Origin: Gammaproteobacteria bacterium | GTDB lineage: Bacteria > Pseudomonadota > Gammaproteobacteria > Pseudomonadales > CAMLJR01 | NCBI GenBank assembly: GCA_029265075.1 | Contig: JAJUJZ010000002.1 | Coordinates: 207-64,206, forward strand | Direction of reading: 5' to 3' | DNA: 64,000 bases | In this document: piece after piece, positions 8,460 to 20,066 of the stretch | Layout of the letters: every line of letters begins with the position of its first letter | Position numbering within the stretch: position 1 is the stretch's first letter | The notes under the pieces: model-generated | Seen by the model: the letters and a program-made list of their open reading frames with translations, nothing else | What the model was told of the DNA's origin: nothing | Databases searched by the model: none | Program-made: the position numbers and the translations under genes

Positions 8460-9182
8460 TCAGTCGACCAGGTAATACTCGAGCGTCGAGACGACGCGAA
8501 CATTCTTGATATGGGGCGTATTGCTGTCACGATCCGAGATGCTGAATTGCCCCTGATTCGCCTGTCTGATCTTGCCCAGTTTGCTGCGTGAATCCTGCGC
8601 AAATTTTTCCGCCACCTCACGCGCTGCCCGGGTCGCCTCCTCGATCATCACCGGCTTGATCTCGTTGAGATTGGTATAGAGATATTCCACCCGCGCCTGG
8701 TAGTCATCACTGGTCACCGCGACGCCCTGGCGGCTCAGATCCAGTAGTGACTCGCGCGTGGTTCGCACGGCATCGACACGTTCCGTAAAGACCGTCACCA
8801 CGTGCGCTGCGACAAAGCGAAACGCCTCACGGCTGGCGTCGCCATAACTTTGCGCCCGCTTGTCAGTGATCGATGGCGCGGTCACGCTGATTTCATCCTC
8901 CTTGAAGCCGTGTCGCTCCAGAAAATCGAGGATGAGCTGGGTTGAGCGCTCCAGCTGACTGGTCAGGTCGGCCAGATCATTGCTCGCCACCGTATAGCGG
9001 ATGGGCCAGATGGCCTGATTCGCGGGCACTTCCCGCTCGGCCAGCCCCTTGACGGTAACGGTGCGCTCCAGCTTTTTGGCGGCCAGTATGGCATTGCCGC
9101 CCCACCAGGCTGCCCCACACAACCCGAACGCCAGCAGCACGCCCAGAACAGCTGCTTCCCCAATCCAACGGCGCTCACGCAT
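8460..9182 (-). CDS. SIMPL-domain (DUF541) periplasmic/membrane-anchored protein
   Basis: The track ORF is 8460-9230. I prefer the internal ATG at 9182 (MRERRWIGEAAVLGVLLAFGLCGAAWW, an N-terminal membrane anchor, with GAGGA 8 nt upstream). The 9230 start would leave only 11 bp to the divergent gloA. The body resembles the SIMPL family (VTVKGLAEREVPANQAIWPIRY...). Confidence 0.7.
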   Translation of the reverse strand: MRERRWIGEAAVLGVLLAFGLCGAAWWGGNAILAAKKLERTVTVKGLAEREVPANQAIWPIRYTVASNDLADLTSQLERSTQLILDFLERHGFKEDEISVTAPSITDKRAQSYGDASREAFRFVAAHVVTVFTERVDAVRTTRESLLDLSRQGVAVTSDDYQARVEYLYTNLNEIKPVMIEEATRAAREVAEKFAQDSRSKLGKIRQANQGQFSISDRDSNTPHIKNVRVVSTLEYYLVD

Positions 9183-9241
9183 AATGTCGTCCTCGAAATT
9201 TGGTAAAGTGAACGGCTGAGTTTCAGGCAAGGAGTATAAAC

Positions 9242-9682
9242 GTGGAATACCTTCATACCATGGTGCGCGTCACCGATCTCGACGAATCTTTGCGTTTCTA
9301 CTGCGACCATCTGGGCATGGTTGAAGTCTCCCGCATGGAAAGCGAGAAAGGTCGGTTCACCCTGGTTTATCTGGCGGCTCCCGGCGACCTGGAACAAGCG
9401 CGGGAAGACAAGCGCCCGACGCTGGAGCTCACCTACAACTGGGACCCCGAGGAGTATACCGGTGGCCGCAACTTCGGGCACGTCGCTTATCGGGTCGAGA
9501 ACATCTACGAGACCTGCCAGCGCCTGATGGATGCCGGCATCACCATCAACCGCCCCCCGCGCGATGGCCATATGGCGTTCATCCGTTCGCCCGATAACAT
9601 CTCGATCGAACTGCTGCAGAAAGGGGATACGCTGCCGCCGCAGGAGCCGTGGGCGTCGATGCCGAATACCGGCACGTGGTAA
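9242..9682 (+). CDS. gloA: Lactoylglutathione lyase (glyoxalase I)
   Basis: 146 aa with a GTG start. [44 protein letters not shown] and IELLQKG are typical of Ni-type GloA. Confidence 0.9.
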   Translation: MEYLHTMVRVTDLDESLRFYCDHLGMVEVSRMESEKGRFTLVYLAAPGDLEQAREDKRPTLELTYNWDPEEYTGGRNFGHVAYRVENIYETCQRLMDAGITINRPPRDGHMAFIRSPDNISIELLQKGDTLPPQEPWASMPNTGTW

Positions 9683-9689
9683 GCGTGGC

Positions 9690-9717
9690 GCGACACGGGC
9701 CTTCCGGCCAGTGTCGC
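9690..9717. terminator. Strong hairpin between convergent gloA and the tRNA-binding-protein gene
   Basis: GCGACAC-G-GGCC-TTCC-GGCC-A-GTGTCGC is a near-perfect 11-bp interrupted stem. No U-tract on either side, so its role as a bidirectional terminator is inferred only. Confidence 0.4.
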
Positions 9718-9737
9718 GATCTCTCACCAGAACAGGT

Positions 9738-10079
9738 TCAAAGCAGTTTCGTCCCCAGCGGGACCGGCCTGTCGGGCACGCATAATGCCACTTCGCCCGC
9801 CTCGTTGTGAAAACCGGTTACCAGACACTCAGACATGATCGGGCCGATCTGCTTCTTCGGGAAGTTGACCACCGCCACAACCAGTTTGCCGACCAGCTCC
9901 TCAGGCTCATAGAGTCCCGTGATCTGAGCGCTCGATTTCCGGATGCCAATCTCCGGTCCAAAATCGACTCGCAACAGATAGGCCGGCTTGCGCGCCTTCT
10001 CAAATGGCTCGGCTTCGACAATTCGTCCCACGCGCAGCTCGACCTTCAGAAATTCATCCCAGCTGATGGTTTCCACCAC
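9738..10079 (-). CDS. tRNA-binding domain protein (CsaA/YgjH-like)
   Basis: 113 aa. WDEFLKVELRVGRIVEAEPFEKARKPAYLLRVDFG...GKLVVAVVNFPKKQIG matches the OB-fold tRNA-binding domain pattern. Confidence 0.85.
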   Translation of the reverse strand: MVETISWDEFLKVELRVGRIVEAEPFEKARKPAYLLRVDFGPEIGIRKSSAQITGLYEPEELVGKLVVAVVNFPKKQIGPIMSECLVTGFHNEAGEVALCVPDRPVPLGTKLL

Positions 10080-10385
10080 TCTCTCCCAGCGCCGCTCTCA
10101 ACCTGAACTGGCACGAACGTTACCGCCGTGCTGTCAATGAGGAGTGCATGTTATGCGAACTCCCGCTCAGGTGGAATGACGCAGGCATACGGAGCGAGGC
10201 AACGGCTGGCGGCCATTCGCCGACATGCTTCAGCACCGCAACAGCCAGAACAATACGTCCGCCCGTCCAGACCGCAGCGCTGTTATTCGTAACAGAAGAA
10301 GTGTGCCAGCCATGATTCCGCGTCGCTATGGAGTCTCGCTGGCGAAAGCGCTGAGCCAGCACGCCAGAGATGATTTGCGGACTGC

Positions 10386-10520
10386 TCAGGCCGTTAGACC
10401 CGCCCACCCCATCACCTGGCGCAACACCCACGCAACAGCTCCAAGCGCCGCGACACTCGCCACCCATAACCCCGCAAACCACGCCCACCGGCGCCAGGCG
10501 GAGTCAGGTTGCTCGGGCAT
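10386..10520 (-). CDS. Small membrane protein, DUF2474-like, translationally coupled to cydB
   Basis: Below the ORF-track size cutoff. Its ATG overlaps the cydB stop (cacTGATGccc). It encodes 44 aa, MPEQPDSAWRRWAWFAGLWVASVAALGAVAWVLRQVMGWAGLTA, with one hydrophobic helix. As I recall, short proteins of this kind commonly follow cydAB/cioAB. Confidence 0.6.
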   Translation of the reverse strand: MPEQPDSAWRRWAWFAGLWVASVAALGAVAWVLRQVMGWAGLTA

Positions 10521-11524
10521 CAGTGATACCCCTCCCCGTGCCGGACTTTGCCGCGAAATATGTAATAGGCCATTGCTGTGTAGGCGAGTACCAGCGGAAC
10601 AATCAGTGCGGTGCCAATAAGCGCGAAGGTCTGGCTCGATTCGGGGGCGGCGGCGTCCCAGATGGAGATCGATGGCGGCACAGCAAACGGCCAGATGCTG
10701 ATGGCCATGCCGACATAACCGAGCAGTGACAGCACCAGCGCCCAGATGAACGGCCCGGCGTCACGGCCGCCCTTGCGCAGCGACCGAAACAGCAGTACTG
10801 CGACCACCAGCACCAGCGTTGGCACAGGCGACAGAAACAGAAAGTTGGGCATCGCGAACCAGCGCTCCGCCACGTAGGGCAAGGCGATGGGCGTCCAGAT
10901 GCTGATAACGCCAATCACGGCCAGCAAGGCCAACGTCAGGGGGCGAGTGATGCGGATCATGCGCTGCTGCAGCTCACCTTCAGTCTTGATGATCAGCCAG
11001 GTGCTGCCAAGCAGCGTGTAGGCGACAACCACGCCCAGCCCCGTAAACAGGGGGAACGGCGCAAGCCAGTCGAGCGGACCGCCGGCGTAGGTGTGTCCCT
11101 CCAGCGCAATGCCCATCAGGAAAGCGCCGAGCGCGACACCCTGGAAGAACGACGCTACCAGCGAGCCACCGATGAATGCGGCATCCCACAGGCTGCGATC
11201 TTTTTCCGGCGCCTTAAAGCGGAACTCGAAAGCCACGCCACGAAAGATCAGGCCCAGCAGCATGAAGATCAATGGCAGGTAAAGTGCGCTCAGCACCACC
11301 GAGTAGGCGACAGGAAAAGCCGCCAGTAATCCGGCACCGCCCAGCACCAGCCAGGTCTCGTTGCCATCCCATACCGGCGCCACGGTATTCATCATGATGT
11401 CACGATCGTGACGGTCAGGTTCCATCAGGAAGAGCGCGCCAATACCGAGATCGAAACCATCCATCAGCACATACATCATCACCCCGAAAAAGATGATGAC
11501 TGCCCACACCAGTGACAGATCCAT
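10520..11524 (-). CDS. cydB: Cytochrome bd-type ubiquinol oxidase subunit II
   Basis: 334 aa polytopic membrane protein starting MDLSLVWAVIIFFGVMMYVLMDGFDLGIG. It begins 2 nt after the subunit I gene. Confidence 0.92.
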   Translation of the reverse strand: MDLSLVWAVIIFFGVMMYVLMDGFDLGIGALFLMEPDRHDRDIMMNTVAPVWDGNETWLVLGGAGLLAAFPVAYSVVLSALYLPLIFMLLGLIFRGVAFEFRFKAPEKDRSLWDAAFIGGSLVASFFQGVALGAFLMGIALEGHTYAGGPLDWLAPFPLFTGLGVVVAYTLLGSTWLIIKTEGELQQRMIRITRPLTLALLAVIGVISIWTPIALPYVAERWFAMPNFLFLSPVPTLVLVVAVLLFRSLRKGGRDAGPFIWALVLSLLGYVGMAISIWPFAVPPSISIWDAAAPESSQTFALIGTALIVPLVLAYTAMAYYIFRGKVRHGEGYH

Positions 11525-11526
11525 GG

Positions 11527-12966
11527 CTATGCCCTCCCCTCTGGTTCGCTACCATGCTGTGGGTCACCGCTCACCAGTACATCTTCGCCGCTGGCAGAAA
11601 TGGGCCGCATGGCGTGATGCAGCTGTCCGGGTCCGCCGGTGGTGGTATCGGCCATCTCTTCCGGACCACGCGCCACCAGTCTCAGGACGTACCAGATCCC
11701 GACACCAAACACGAAGAAATAGGTGGCGACGAACAGCACGAGCGTAGTGCCCAGCGTGCCCGCGCTGTGCGCAGAGACGCCGTCGGCGGTGCGCATCAGT
11801 CCCTGCACCAGCCACGGCTGACGTCCGATCTCAGTGGTGTACCAGCCGGCGAGTATGGCGATCAGACCAGTGGGGCCCATCGCCACGGCGAAACGCAGCA
11901 ACGGCCGTGACTGATAGAGCCGGTCACCTCGACGCAGAACGAGTGCCCAGATGCCCAGCACAATCATAAGCACGCCCAGCCCGACCATGATGCGAAAACT
12001 CCAGAAGATGATGTGCGCAGGCGGCCGGTCTTCGGGAGCGAACTCACTGAGAGCAGGAATGTGGCCATCCCAGGTGTGCGTCAGGATCAGGCTTCCCAGT
12101 CCCGGAATGCCGACGGCCCAGTCTGTGCGCTCGTCGAGCATATTGGGCCAGCCAAACAGCAACAGCGGCACCGCCTCGCCCTCGACGTTCTCCCAGTGGC
12201 CTTCCATGGCAGCGATTTTTGCGGGCTGATATTCGAGTGTATTTAGCCCATGCAGGTCCCCGATCACCGCCTGCAACGGCGCGACCAGCAATGCCATCCA
12301 CATCGCCATCGAGAACATCTTGCGCACGGCCGGTGTATTGCGTCCGCGCAGCAGATGCCAGGCCGCCGAACCGCCGACGAACAGGGCAGTGGCAAGGAAA
12401 GCTGCCACGGCCATATGAGCAAGGCGGAAAGGAAACGACGGGTTGAAAATGATCAGCCACCAGTCGACCGGAATCACGCGGCCATCGACGATGGCGTGGC
12501 CCTGAGGCGTATGCATCCAGCTGTTGGAAGCGAGAATCCAGAACGTGGAAACCAGGGTGCCAAGCGCGACCATCACCGTGGCGAAGAAATGCAGTTTTGG
12601 ACCAACCCGGTTCCAGCCGAAAAGCATAATGCCGAGAAAGCCGGCCTCAAGAAAAAAGGCGGTCAGCACTTCATAGGCGAGTAACGGACCGGTGATACTG
12701 CCGGCAAATTCGGAAAAGTAGCTCCAGTTGGTGCCGAACTGGTACGCCATTACCAGTCCGGAAACCACCCCCATACCGAAGTTGACTGCGAAAATTTTCG
12801 ACCAGAAATGGTAAAGCTGCTTGTAGAGATCGCGCTGCGTGCGTAGCCAGCATGCTTCGAGTACGGCCAGATAGGCCGCCAGCCCGATGGTGATGGCCGG
12901 AAAGATGATGTGAAAGGAGATCGTGAAGCCGAACTGGATGCGAGCCAGCTCAAGAGCTGTGAACAT
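11527..12966 (-). CDS. cydA: Cytochrome bd-type ubiquinol oxidase subunit I (size suggests the short-Q-loop, CIO-like type)
   Basis: The track ORF extends to 12999. I prefer the ATG at 12966 (MFTALELARIQFGFTISFHIIFP), which is preceded by AAGGAGG. At 479 aa it is shorter than E. coli CydA, consistent with the cyanide-insensitive subgroup. Confidence 0.92.
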   Translation of the reverse strand: MFTALELARIQFGFTISFHIIFPAITIGLAAYLAVLEACWLRTQRDLYKQLYHFWSKIFAVNFGMGVVSGLVMAYQFGTNWSYFSEFAGSITGPLLAYEVLTAFFLEAGFLGIMLFGWNRVGPKLHFFATVMVALGTLVSTFWILASNSWMHTPQGHAIVDGRVIPVDWWLIIFNPSFPFRLAHMAVAAFLATALFVGGSAAWHLLRGRNTPAVRKMFSMAMWMALLVAPLQAVIGDLHGLNTLEYQPAKIAAMEGHWENVEGEAVPLLLFGWPNMLDERTDWAVGIPGLGSLILTHTWDGHIPALSEFAPEDRPPAHIIFWSFRIMVGLGVLMIVLGIWALVLRRGDRLYQSRPLLRFAVAMGPTGLIAILAGWYTTEIGRQPWLVQGLMRTADGVSAHSAGTLGTTLVLFVATYFFVFGVGIWYVLRLVARGPEEMADTTTGGPGQLHHAMRPISASGEDVLVSGDPQHGSEPEGRA

Positions 12967-13088
12967 CCCTGACACCTCCTTGTCCTTGTGGCAGCCCAAC
13001 CGGGGCCCGGTTCAGACTGTGACCATCGTAAGCGCACTCCGCTCACCCTCACAACCGGGCATTTGGTCGCAGCTCAGGAAAGGTGGCG

Positions 13089-15158
<2,070 letters not shown>

Positions 15159-16211
15159 TTACAGGTGCAGCGTGAGCTGACGGCGCTCGAAGTCACGGAT
15201 GCGCTGGCGAGAATGCTCGAGCGTCTGCGCCGTGACCACGCTCTGCGCTTCATCGCGCAGCTCCCCGCCGAGATTCTTCACCAGCACCTGTGCGGTTTCC
15301 ACCATGTAGTTGAAGGCGGTCAACGACTTGGTAGGACCGGGCAGCGTCATGAAGAAGCAGAGCCCCGGTGTGACGAGCTGATCCATGCGGTCGAGATCGA
15401 AAGTGCCAGGTTCCAGCAGGTTGGCCACACTGAACTGCACGGCACCCCGCCCTTTGGCTTCTTCATAACGGTGGAAAATGTTGTTCTTGCCGTAGCGCAC
15501 ATCACAGGCCAGCAGCAGCTGCAGCAGGTCCTGACCCTTGAAACCGCTCTTCTCCTTGCTGAGAACGTAAAGAACGAGAATCTCCTCCGGCTGAGCCGGC
15601 AGTTGCTCGTTGACTTCGCGATGGCGGGTTTCTTCGGCTCTGCGCGCGGGGTAATCCTCGTCGGCGATGACGGGCTGCAGGTTGGGCTCGGGCTCAGGAG
15701 CGGGCTCGGCAATTGCCGCCGGTTCCTGCCAGGGCTCCTCTGCCAGCGGCTCGACGGGGTCGTCCTGCCAGGTGTTCGCTGCAGGCCGCTCGGAGCGGCC
15801 ACTGCCGGTAACGACCTCAGGCGGCTCGCTGTCGTAGCGGGAGAGGTCTTCCTCCTCATCCCACTGCGAAGACATCTCCGGCGGCTGGTCCGACATTGTT
15901 CCGGTCGAAGACTGAGTATGCGTCACCGGCGGTTCGTGCACCTCGATCGGATCCATCAGCACCGGCACGGTGCGGCGACCACTGCGCGGCGCCGGTCGTG
16001 CGCCGCCATTGGGCAGCTCAGGGTTTTCCAGCACCGGGTCATCGTCGACTACGGGTTCGCTGCGTTTGGCTGCACGCTTGACGTGGCGCGACACGGCAAC
16101 CCTGATGCGTCCGCGACGCTCATTGCGCACACGGCGATAGCCATCGAGCACGACTGCCACGATAAGCAGCACGCCGATGATGATCATCCACTCTCTGACG
16201 CCGAGATCCAT
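15159..16211 (-). CDS. zipA: Cell division protein ZipA
   Basis: N-terminal anchor MDLGVREWMIIIGVLLIVAVVLDGY, a long P/E-rich linker and a conserved C-terminal FtsZ-binding-type domain (ILVLYVLSKEKSGFKGQDLL...). The ATG at 16211 is preferred over the GTG at 16232. The ligA-zipA-smc order is classic. Confidence 0.9.
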   Translation of the reverse strand: MDLGVREWMIIIGVLLIVAVVLDGYRRVRNERRGRIRVAVSRHVKRAAKRSEPVVDDDPVLENPELPNGGARPAPRSGRRTVPVLMDPIEVHEPPVTHTQSSTGTMSDQPPEMSSQWDEEEDLSRYDSEPPEVVTGSGRSERPAANTWQDDPVEPLAEEPWQEPAAIAEPAPEPEPNLQPVIADEDYPARRAEETRHREVNEQLPAQPEEILVLYVLSKEKSGFKGQDLLQLLLACDVRYGKNNIFHRYEEAKGRGAVQFSVANLLEPGTFDLDRMDQLVTPGLCFFMTLPGPTKSLTAFNYMVETAQVLVKNLGGELRDEAQSVVTAQTLEHSRQRIRDFERRQLTLHL

Positions 16212-16240
16212 GCTGCTCAGCTTCCCCAACACTGCAGTTC

Positions 16241-16266
16241 AACGAAAATGCGCGCAAAAGCGCGCC
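16241..16266 (-). terminator. Putative intrinsic terminator between smc and zipA
   Basis: On the minus strand, the hairpin GCGCGC-TTTT-GCGCGC is followed immediately by ATTTTCGTT. It lies about 90 nt after the smc stop and about 30 nt upstream of the zipA ATG. Confidence 0.5.
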
Positions 16267-16355
16267 AGATGATCCTGTATGAATGGCCGGTATTGTTCCA
16301 TGCGCTTATTCAAATATCCACAGAACAGAGCCGTCTCCTGACGACTTTTTCCGGC

Positions 16356-19300
16356 TCAGGAAGCGGCCAGTTCCGCTGCCTCCTCGATATTGACGGTGAC
16401 CAGACGCGACACGCCGGGCTCATGCATGGTGACACCCATCAGCTGATCGCCCATCTCCATCGCAATCTTATTGTGCGAAATGTAGATGAACTGCACATGC
16501 TCGGACATCTCTTTCACCATGCGCGCATAGCGGCCGACGTTGACGTCGTCAAGCGGTGCGTCTACCTCATCCAGCATGCAGAATGGCGCTGGATTGAGGC
16601 GGAAAATCGAGAACACCAGCGCGATGGCTGTGAGCGCCTTTTCGCCACCGGAGAGCAGATGAATGGTGCTGTTCCGTTTACCCGGCGGTCGCGCCATGAT
16701 GGTTATGCCAGTGTCGAGCAGATCGTCGCCGGTCATCTCCAGATAGGCATGGCCCCCGCCGAAGACGCGCGGGAACAGCTCGCCCAGGCCCTGATTAACC
16801 TGATCAAAGGTTTCCTTGAAGCGGTTGCGCGTTTCCCGGTCAATGCGGCGGATGGCGTTTTCCAGCGTCGTCAGCGCCTCGACCAGGTCATCATTCTGCG
16901 CATCCAGATAATGCTTCCGCTCCGACTGGATCTTGTATTCATCGATAGCCGCCAGGTTAATCGGGCCGAGCCGCTGGATGCGCCGGCTGACCTGTTCCAG
17001 CTGCTCCTGCCAGGCGTTCTCCGTGGCTTCCTCGGGCAGCGCGGCCAGGACTGTCTCCAGGTCAAACTGGCTCTCGATCAGCTGCTCCTGCAGCGTGCGC
17101 CGGCGTACTGTCAGACCCTGCGCATCGAGCCGCAGGCGCTCGAGATCACTGCGCACGCCTTGCGCGCGCTGCTCCACGCCGTGCCGCGACTGCTCGGCCT
17201 GCCGCAACCCATGTTCCACAGCCTCGAGCGCGCGCCGCGCTTCGGAGAGTTCGTTCTCAACGCCCAGCCGTTTTTCCAGCAGCGCTTCCAGCTCCAGCTT
17301 CAGCTCTTCGACCGGCTCCTCGGAGCCGGCAATGTTTTCCAGCAGCGTCTGCTGCCGTTCACGCAGCTGTGCTACCTGCAGCTCGGTGCGCTCGATGCCG
17401 GACACTGCCGAATCAAGCTGCGCCCGCAGCGACTGCTGACGCACCGCGAGCTGATGCGCTGCATCGCGGTCGGCACGGGCGCGCTGGCGTGCCTGATCAA
17501 GGCGGACCCGGCTCTCATCGCGCACCGCCAGCATGCGCTCCCGCTCACTGGAGTCGGCCTGCATCTGGTCGATCGCTTCCTGCAGCAGCATCCGCGCTTC
17601 ACCGAGATTTTCCTGCTCGATGGCGAACTGCTCGCGTGCCTCGTCGATCTCGCGATTGAGCTGGCTGCGCCGGCTGGCGATCTGTTCCACGCGCACCTGC
17701 CGGGCCGACAGTTCCGAGCGCAGCTCGCCCTGCCGCCGGTTATCCTGTTGCAGGCTGCGCTGTGCTTCGTCGCGCTCCTGCTCAGCCCGCTCGAGCTGTT
17801 CGCGGCTGGTGTGCAGCTGTTCCACGAGGGATTCAACGCGCTCTTCGGCAACATCGACAGCAACCTCCAGTTCGCTCAGTTCCTGCTGGCGAGCCAGCAC
17901 CCCGCTCTGGCTGTCATCGGCACGACGTACACGCAGCCAGTTGGGGCCCACCCAGAGGCCTTCAGGTGTCACTATCGATTCCTGCGGAGCGAGAGTGCTG
18001 CGCTGGCTGAGTGCAGTCTCGAGATCCGCTGCACAGTGGATGCCGGCCAGCAGCGTCGCAACCCGGCTGTCGCCACTGACTTTGTCGGCGAGCCGATCGC
18101 CGTCGCCGGCTGCCTGCCCGACCGGGCTACGGTCAAGCAGCGTTACAGCGCCTTTGCTCAGCTCGGCTGCGGCAGTGGCAACACTGCTTAAATCGTCGAT
18201 ACAGACTGCCTGCAGCTGGCTTCCCAGTACCGTTTCCACGGCTGTCTGCCAGCCATCTTTTACCTTCAGCTGTTCGGCCAGTCGTGGCTGGTCCGCCAGC
18301 CCGTGCTGTCTGAGCCACTCATTGACCACACCCCCGGTCTGCCCCAGGGCCGCCTGCTGCAGCGCTTCCAGGGAAGCGCGCCGGCCACGCATGCGCTGCA
18401 GCTCGCTGCGTTCGCGGTCCAGGTCGGCAGTGAGCTGCTGGGTGCGCTCGCGGTGGGTTTCAATGGCGGCCACGGCTTCGTCAAGCCGCTGCTGACGCTC
18501 TTCCAGCTGCAGTTCCAGTTCAGCGAGCTGCTCGTTGAGCAGCGCGATCTCTTCGTCGACCGGGCCGGCGGCAAGCTCGTTCTTTTCCTGTTCCAGCCGC
18601 GTCACCCGCTCCTGGAAGCGCCGCAGTGCCTGTTCAAGATGCTGAATGCGCGACTGCTGTACCTCAGCGCGCTGACGCGGTTCGCTGGCGCGCTGGTTGA
18701 ACTCGTCCCACTGGTGCTGCCACTCGTTCATCGTCTGCTCAGCTTCGAGCAGCGCCGCAGCAGACTCTTCGCTCTGCGCCTCCAGCAGTTCCAGTTCGGG
18801 CTCGACCTGAGCCAGTTCTTCGCGCCAGCTCTGCTGCTTGCTGGCATCGCTGCGCAGGTGCTCTTCGGCCTGCTGCAGCTGCCGCTCGGTCTGCTGCAGA
18901 TCGTCGCGCAGCTGCCGCGCCCGCTCGCTCTGGTGGTGGATGCCCTGCTCAGCACGTGCAATCTCGGCACCCAGGGCGTAAAAGCGGCCCTGCACTTCGT
19001 TGAACTGTTCGTTGAGCTGCGCATGCCGCTCACGATCCTTCTCGATGCTGGCATCGAGGCTGCGCTGCTCGGCAATGACCGCTTCGAGCTGCACCTCACG
19101 CTGCTGAATCTCCTGCTCGCGGCTGCTGACCTGCTGGTCGAGCTGACGCCACTGCAGGGCCTGCAGCTGCGCCTTGAGCAGCCGCTCCTCCTTCTTGAGC
19201 TCGGTATAGCGTTCGGCCGCCTGTGCCTGGCGCTGCAGATGTGCGAGCTGCCGTTCGAGCTCTTCGCGAATGTCAGTCAGCCGCTCCAGATTTTCCTGGG

Positions 19301-19859
19301 TGCGGCGCATGCGGTTTTCAGTCTCGCGGCGGCGCTCCTTGTATTTGGAGATGCCGGCGGCTTCTTCGATGAATACGCGCAGTTCCTCGGGCTTTGCCTC
19401 GATCAGCTTGGAGATCATTCCCTGCTCGATGATGGCGTAGCTGCGTGGCCCCAGGCCGGTGCCGAGAAAGATGTCGGTGATGTCGCGGCGCCGGCACTTC
19501 TGACCATTGAGAAAATAATCGGATTGCCCGTCCCGCGTTACCCGACGGCGGATCGAGATCTCGCTGAAGGCGGCGTATTCACCACGCAGCCGGCCGTCGC
19601 TATTGTCGAAGATCAGCTCGATTGACGCCTGCCCCACTGGCTTGCGGTTAACTGAGCCGTTGAAGATGACGTCAGTCATCGATTCGCCGCGCAGATTCTT
19701 GGCCGAGCTTTCGCCCATCACCCAGCGCACGGCGTCAATGATGTTGGATTTGCCGCAGCCATTGGGCCCGACAATAGCGGACATATTGGTCGGAAAGCTG
19801 ACGGTGGTCGGATCGACAAACGATTTGAAGCCGGCCAGCTTGATGCTTTTCAATCTCAT
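16356..19859 (-). CDS. smc: Chromosome segregation protein SMC
   Basis: 1167 aa with N-terminal Walker A GPNGCGKSN, long coiled-coil arms and a hinge, C-terminal signature LSGGEKALTAIAL and Walker B FCMLDEVDAPLD. Confidence 0.97.
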   Translation of the reverse strand: MRLKSIKLAGFKSFVDPTTVSFPTNMSAIVGPNGCGKSNIIDAVRWVMGESSAKNLRGESMTDVIFNGSVNRKPVGQASIELIFDNSDGRLRGEYAAFSEISIRRRVTRDGQSDYFLNGQKCRRRDITDIFLGTGLGPRSYAIIEQGMISKLIEAKPEELRVFIEEAAGISKYKERRRETENRMRRTQENLERLTDIREELERQLAHLQRQAQAAERYTELKKEERLLKAQLQALQWRQLDQQVSSREQEIQQREVQLEAVIAEQRSLDASIEKDRERHAQLNEQFNEVQGRFYALGAEIARAEQGIHHQSERARQLRDDLQQTERQLQQAEEHLRSDASKQQSWREELAQVEPELELLEAQSEESAAALLEAEQTMNEWQHQWDEFNQRASEPRQRAEVQQSRIQHLEQALRRFQERVTRLEQEKNELAAGPVDEEIALLNEQLAELELQLEERQQRLDEAVAAIETHRERTQQLTADLDRERSELQRMRGRRASLEALQQAALGQTGGVVNEWLRQHGLADQPRLAEQLKVKDGWQTAVETVLGSQLQAVCIDDLSSVATAAAELSKGAVTLLDRSPVGQAAGDGDRLADKVSGDSRVATLLAGIHCAADLETALSQRSTLAPQESIVTPEGLWVGPNWLRVRRADDSQSGVLARQQELSELEVAVDVAEERVESLVEQLHTSREQLERAEQERDEAQRSLQQDNRRQGELRSELSARQVRVEQIASRRSQLNREIDEAREQFAIEQENLGEARMLLQEAIDQMQADSSERERMLAVRDESRVRLDQARQRARADRDAAHQLAVRQQSLRAQLDSAVSGIERTELQVAQLRERQQTLLENIAGSEEPVEELKLELEALLEKRLGVENELSEARRALEAVEHGLRQAEQSRHGVEQRAQGVRSDLERLRLDAQGLTVRRRTLQEQLIESQFDLETVLAALPEEATENAWQEQLEQVSRRIQRLGPINLAAIDEYKIQSERKHYLDAQNDDLVEALTTLENAIRRIDRETRNRFKETFDQVNQGLGELFPRVFGGGHAYLEMTGDDLLDTGITIMARPPGKRNSTIHLLSGGEKALTAIALVFSIFRLNPAPFCMLDEVDAPLDDVNVGRYARMVKEMSEHVQFIYISHNKIAMEMGDQLMGVTMHEPGVSRLVTVNIEEAAELAAS

Positions 19860-20015
19860 AAATAAGGTCAGATCTCTTCGTTAAGACCTTGTATTTATAG
19901 TTGTTCTGAGTCTCGTAAGAGCCATGCCTATGGGCCAGGCCCGCTGTGGCCGGTAGTGTATCGGTTTTGTGAATTCGACTCTACGCACCTGACGCTGGAG
20001 CGTGACCAGAGACGC

Positions 20016-20042
20016 GGAGACAATAACGGCCGGATGCGGCCG
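20016..20042 (-). terminator. Weak terminator-like hairpin after ccmI
   Basis: On the minus strand, CGGCCG-CATC-CGGCCG is followed by TTATTGTCTCC, about 25 nt after the ccmI stop. The stem is short and the U-tract poor. Confidence 0.3.
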
Positions 20043-20066
20043 GGCCAGCGCTGCTGCTGCCCTCTG

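Noticed and set aside
8963-9727. A 254-aa minus-strand ORF covering gloA and the start of the SIMPL gene.
   Set aside because: It is antisense to a glyoxalase I gene with full-length family similarity and has no features of its own.
10120-10488. A 122-aa minus-strand ORF and the 10225-10620 plus-strand ORF in the gap downstream of cydB.
   Set aside because: Neither has a recognisable domain, their composition is odd (Cys/Gly/Ser runs), and they overlap the better-supported 44-codon coupled ORF. I treat the 10080-10385 region as non-coding (promoter region of the tRNA-binding-protein gene).
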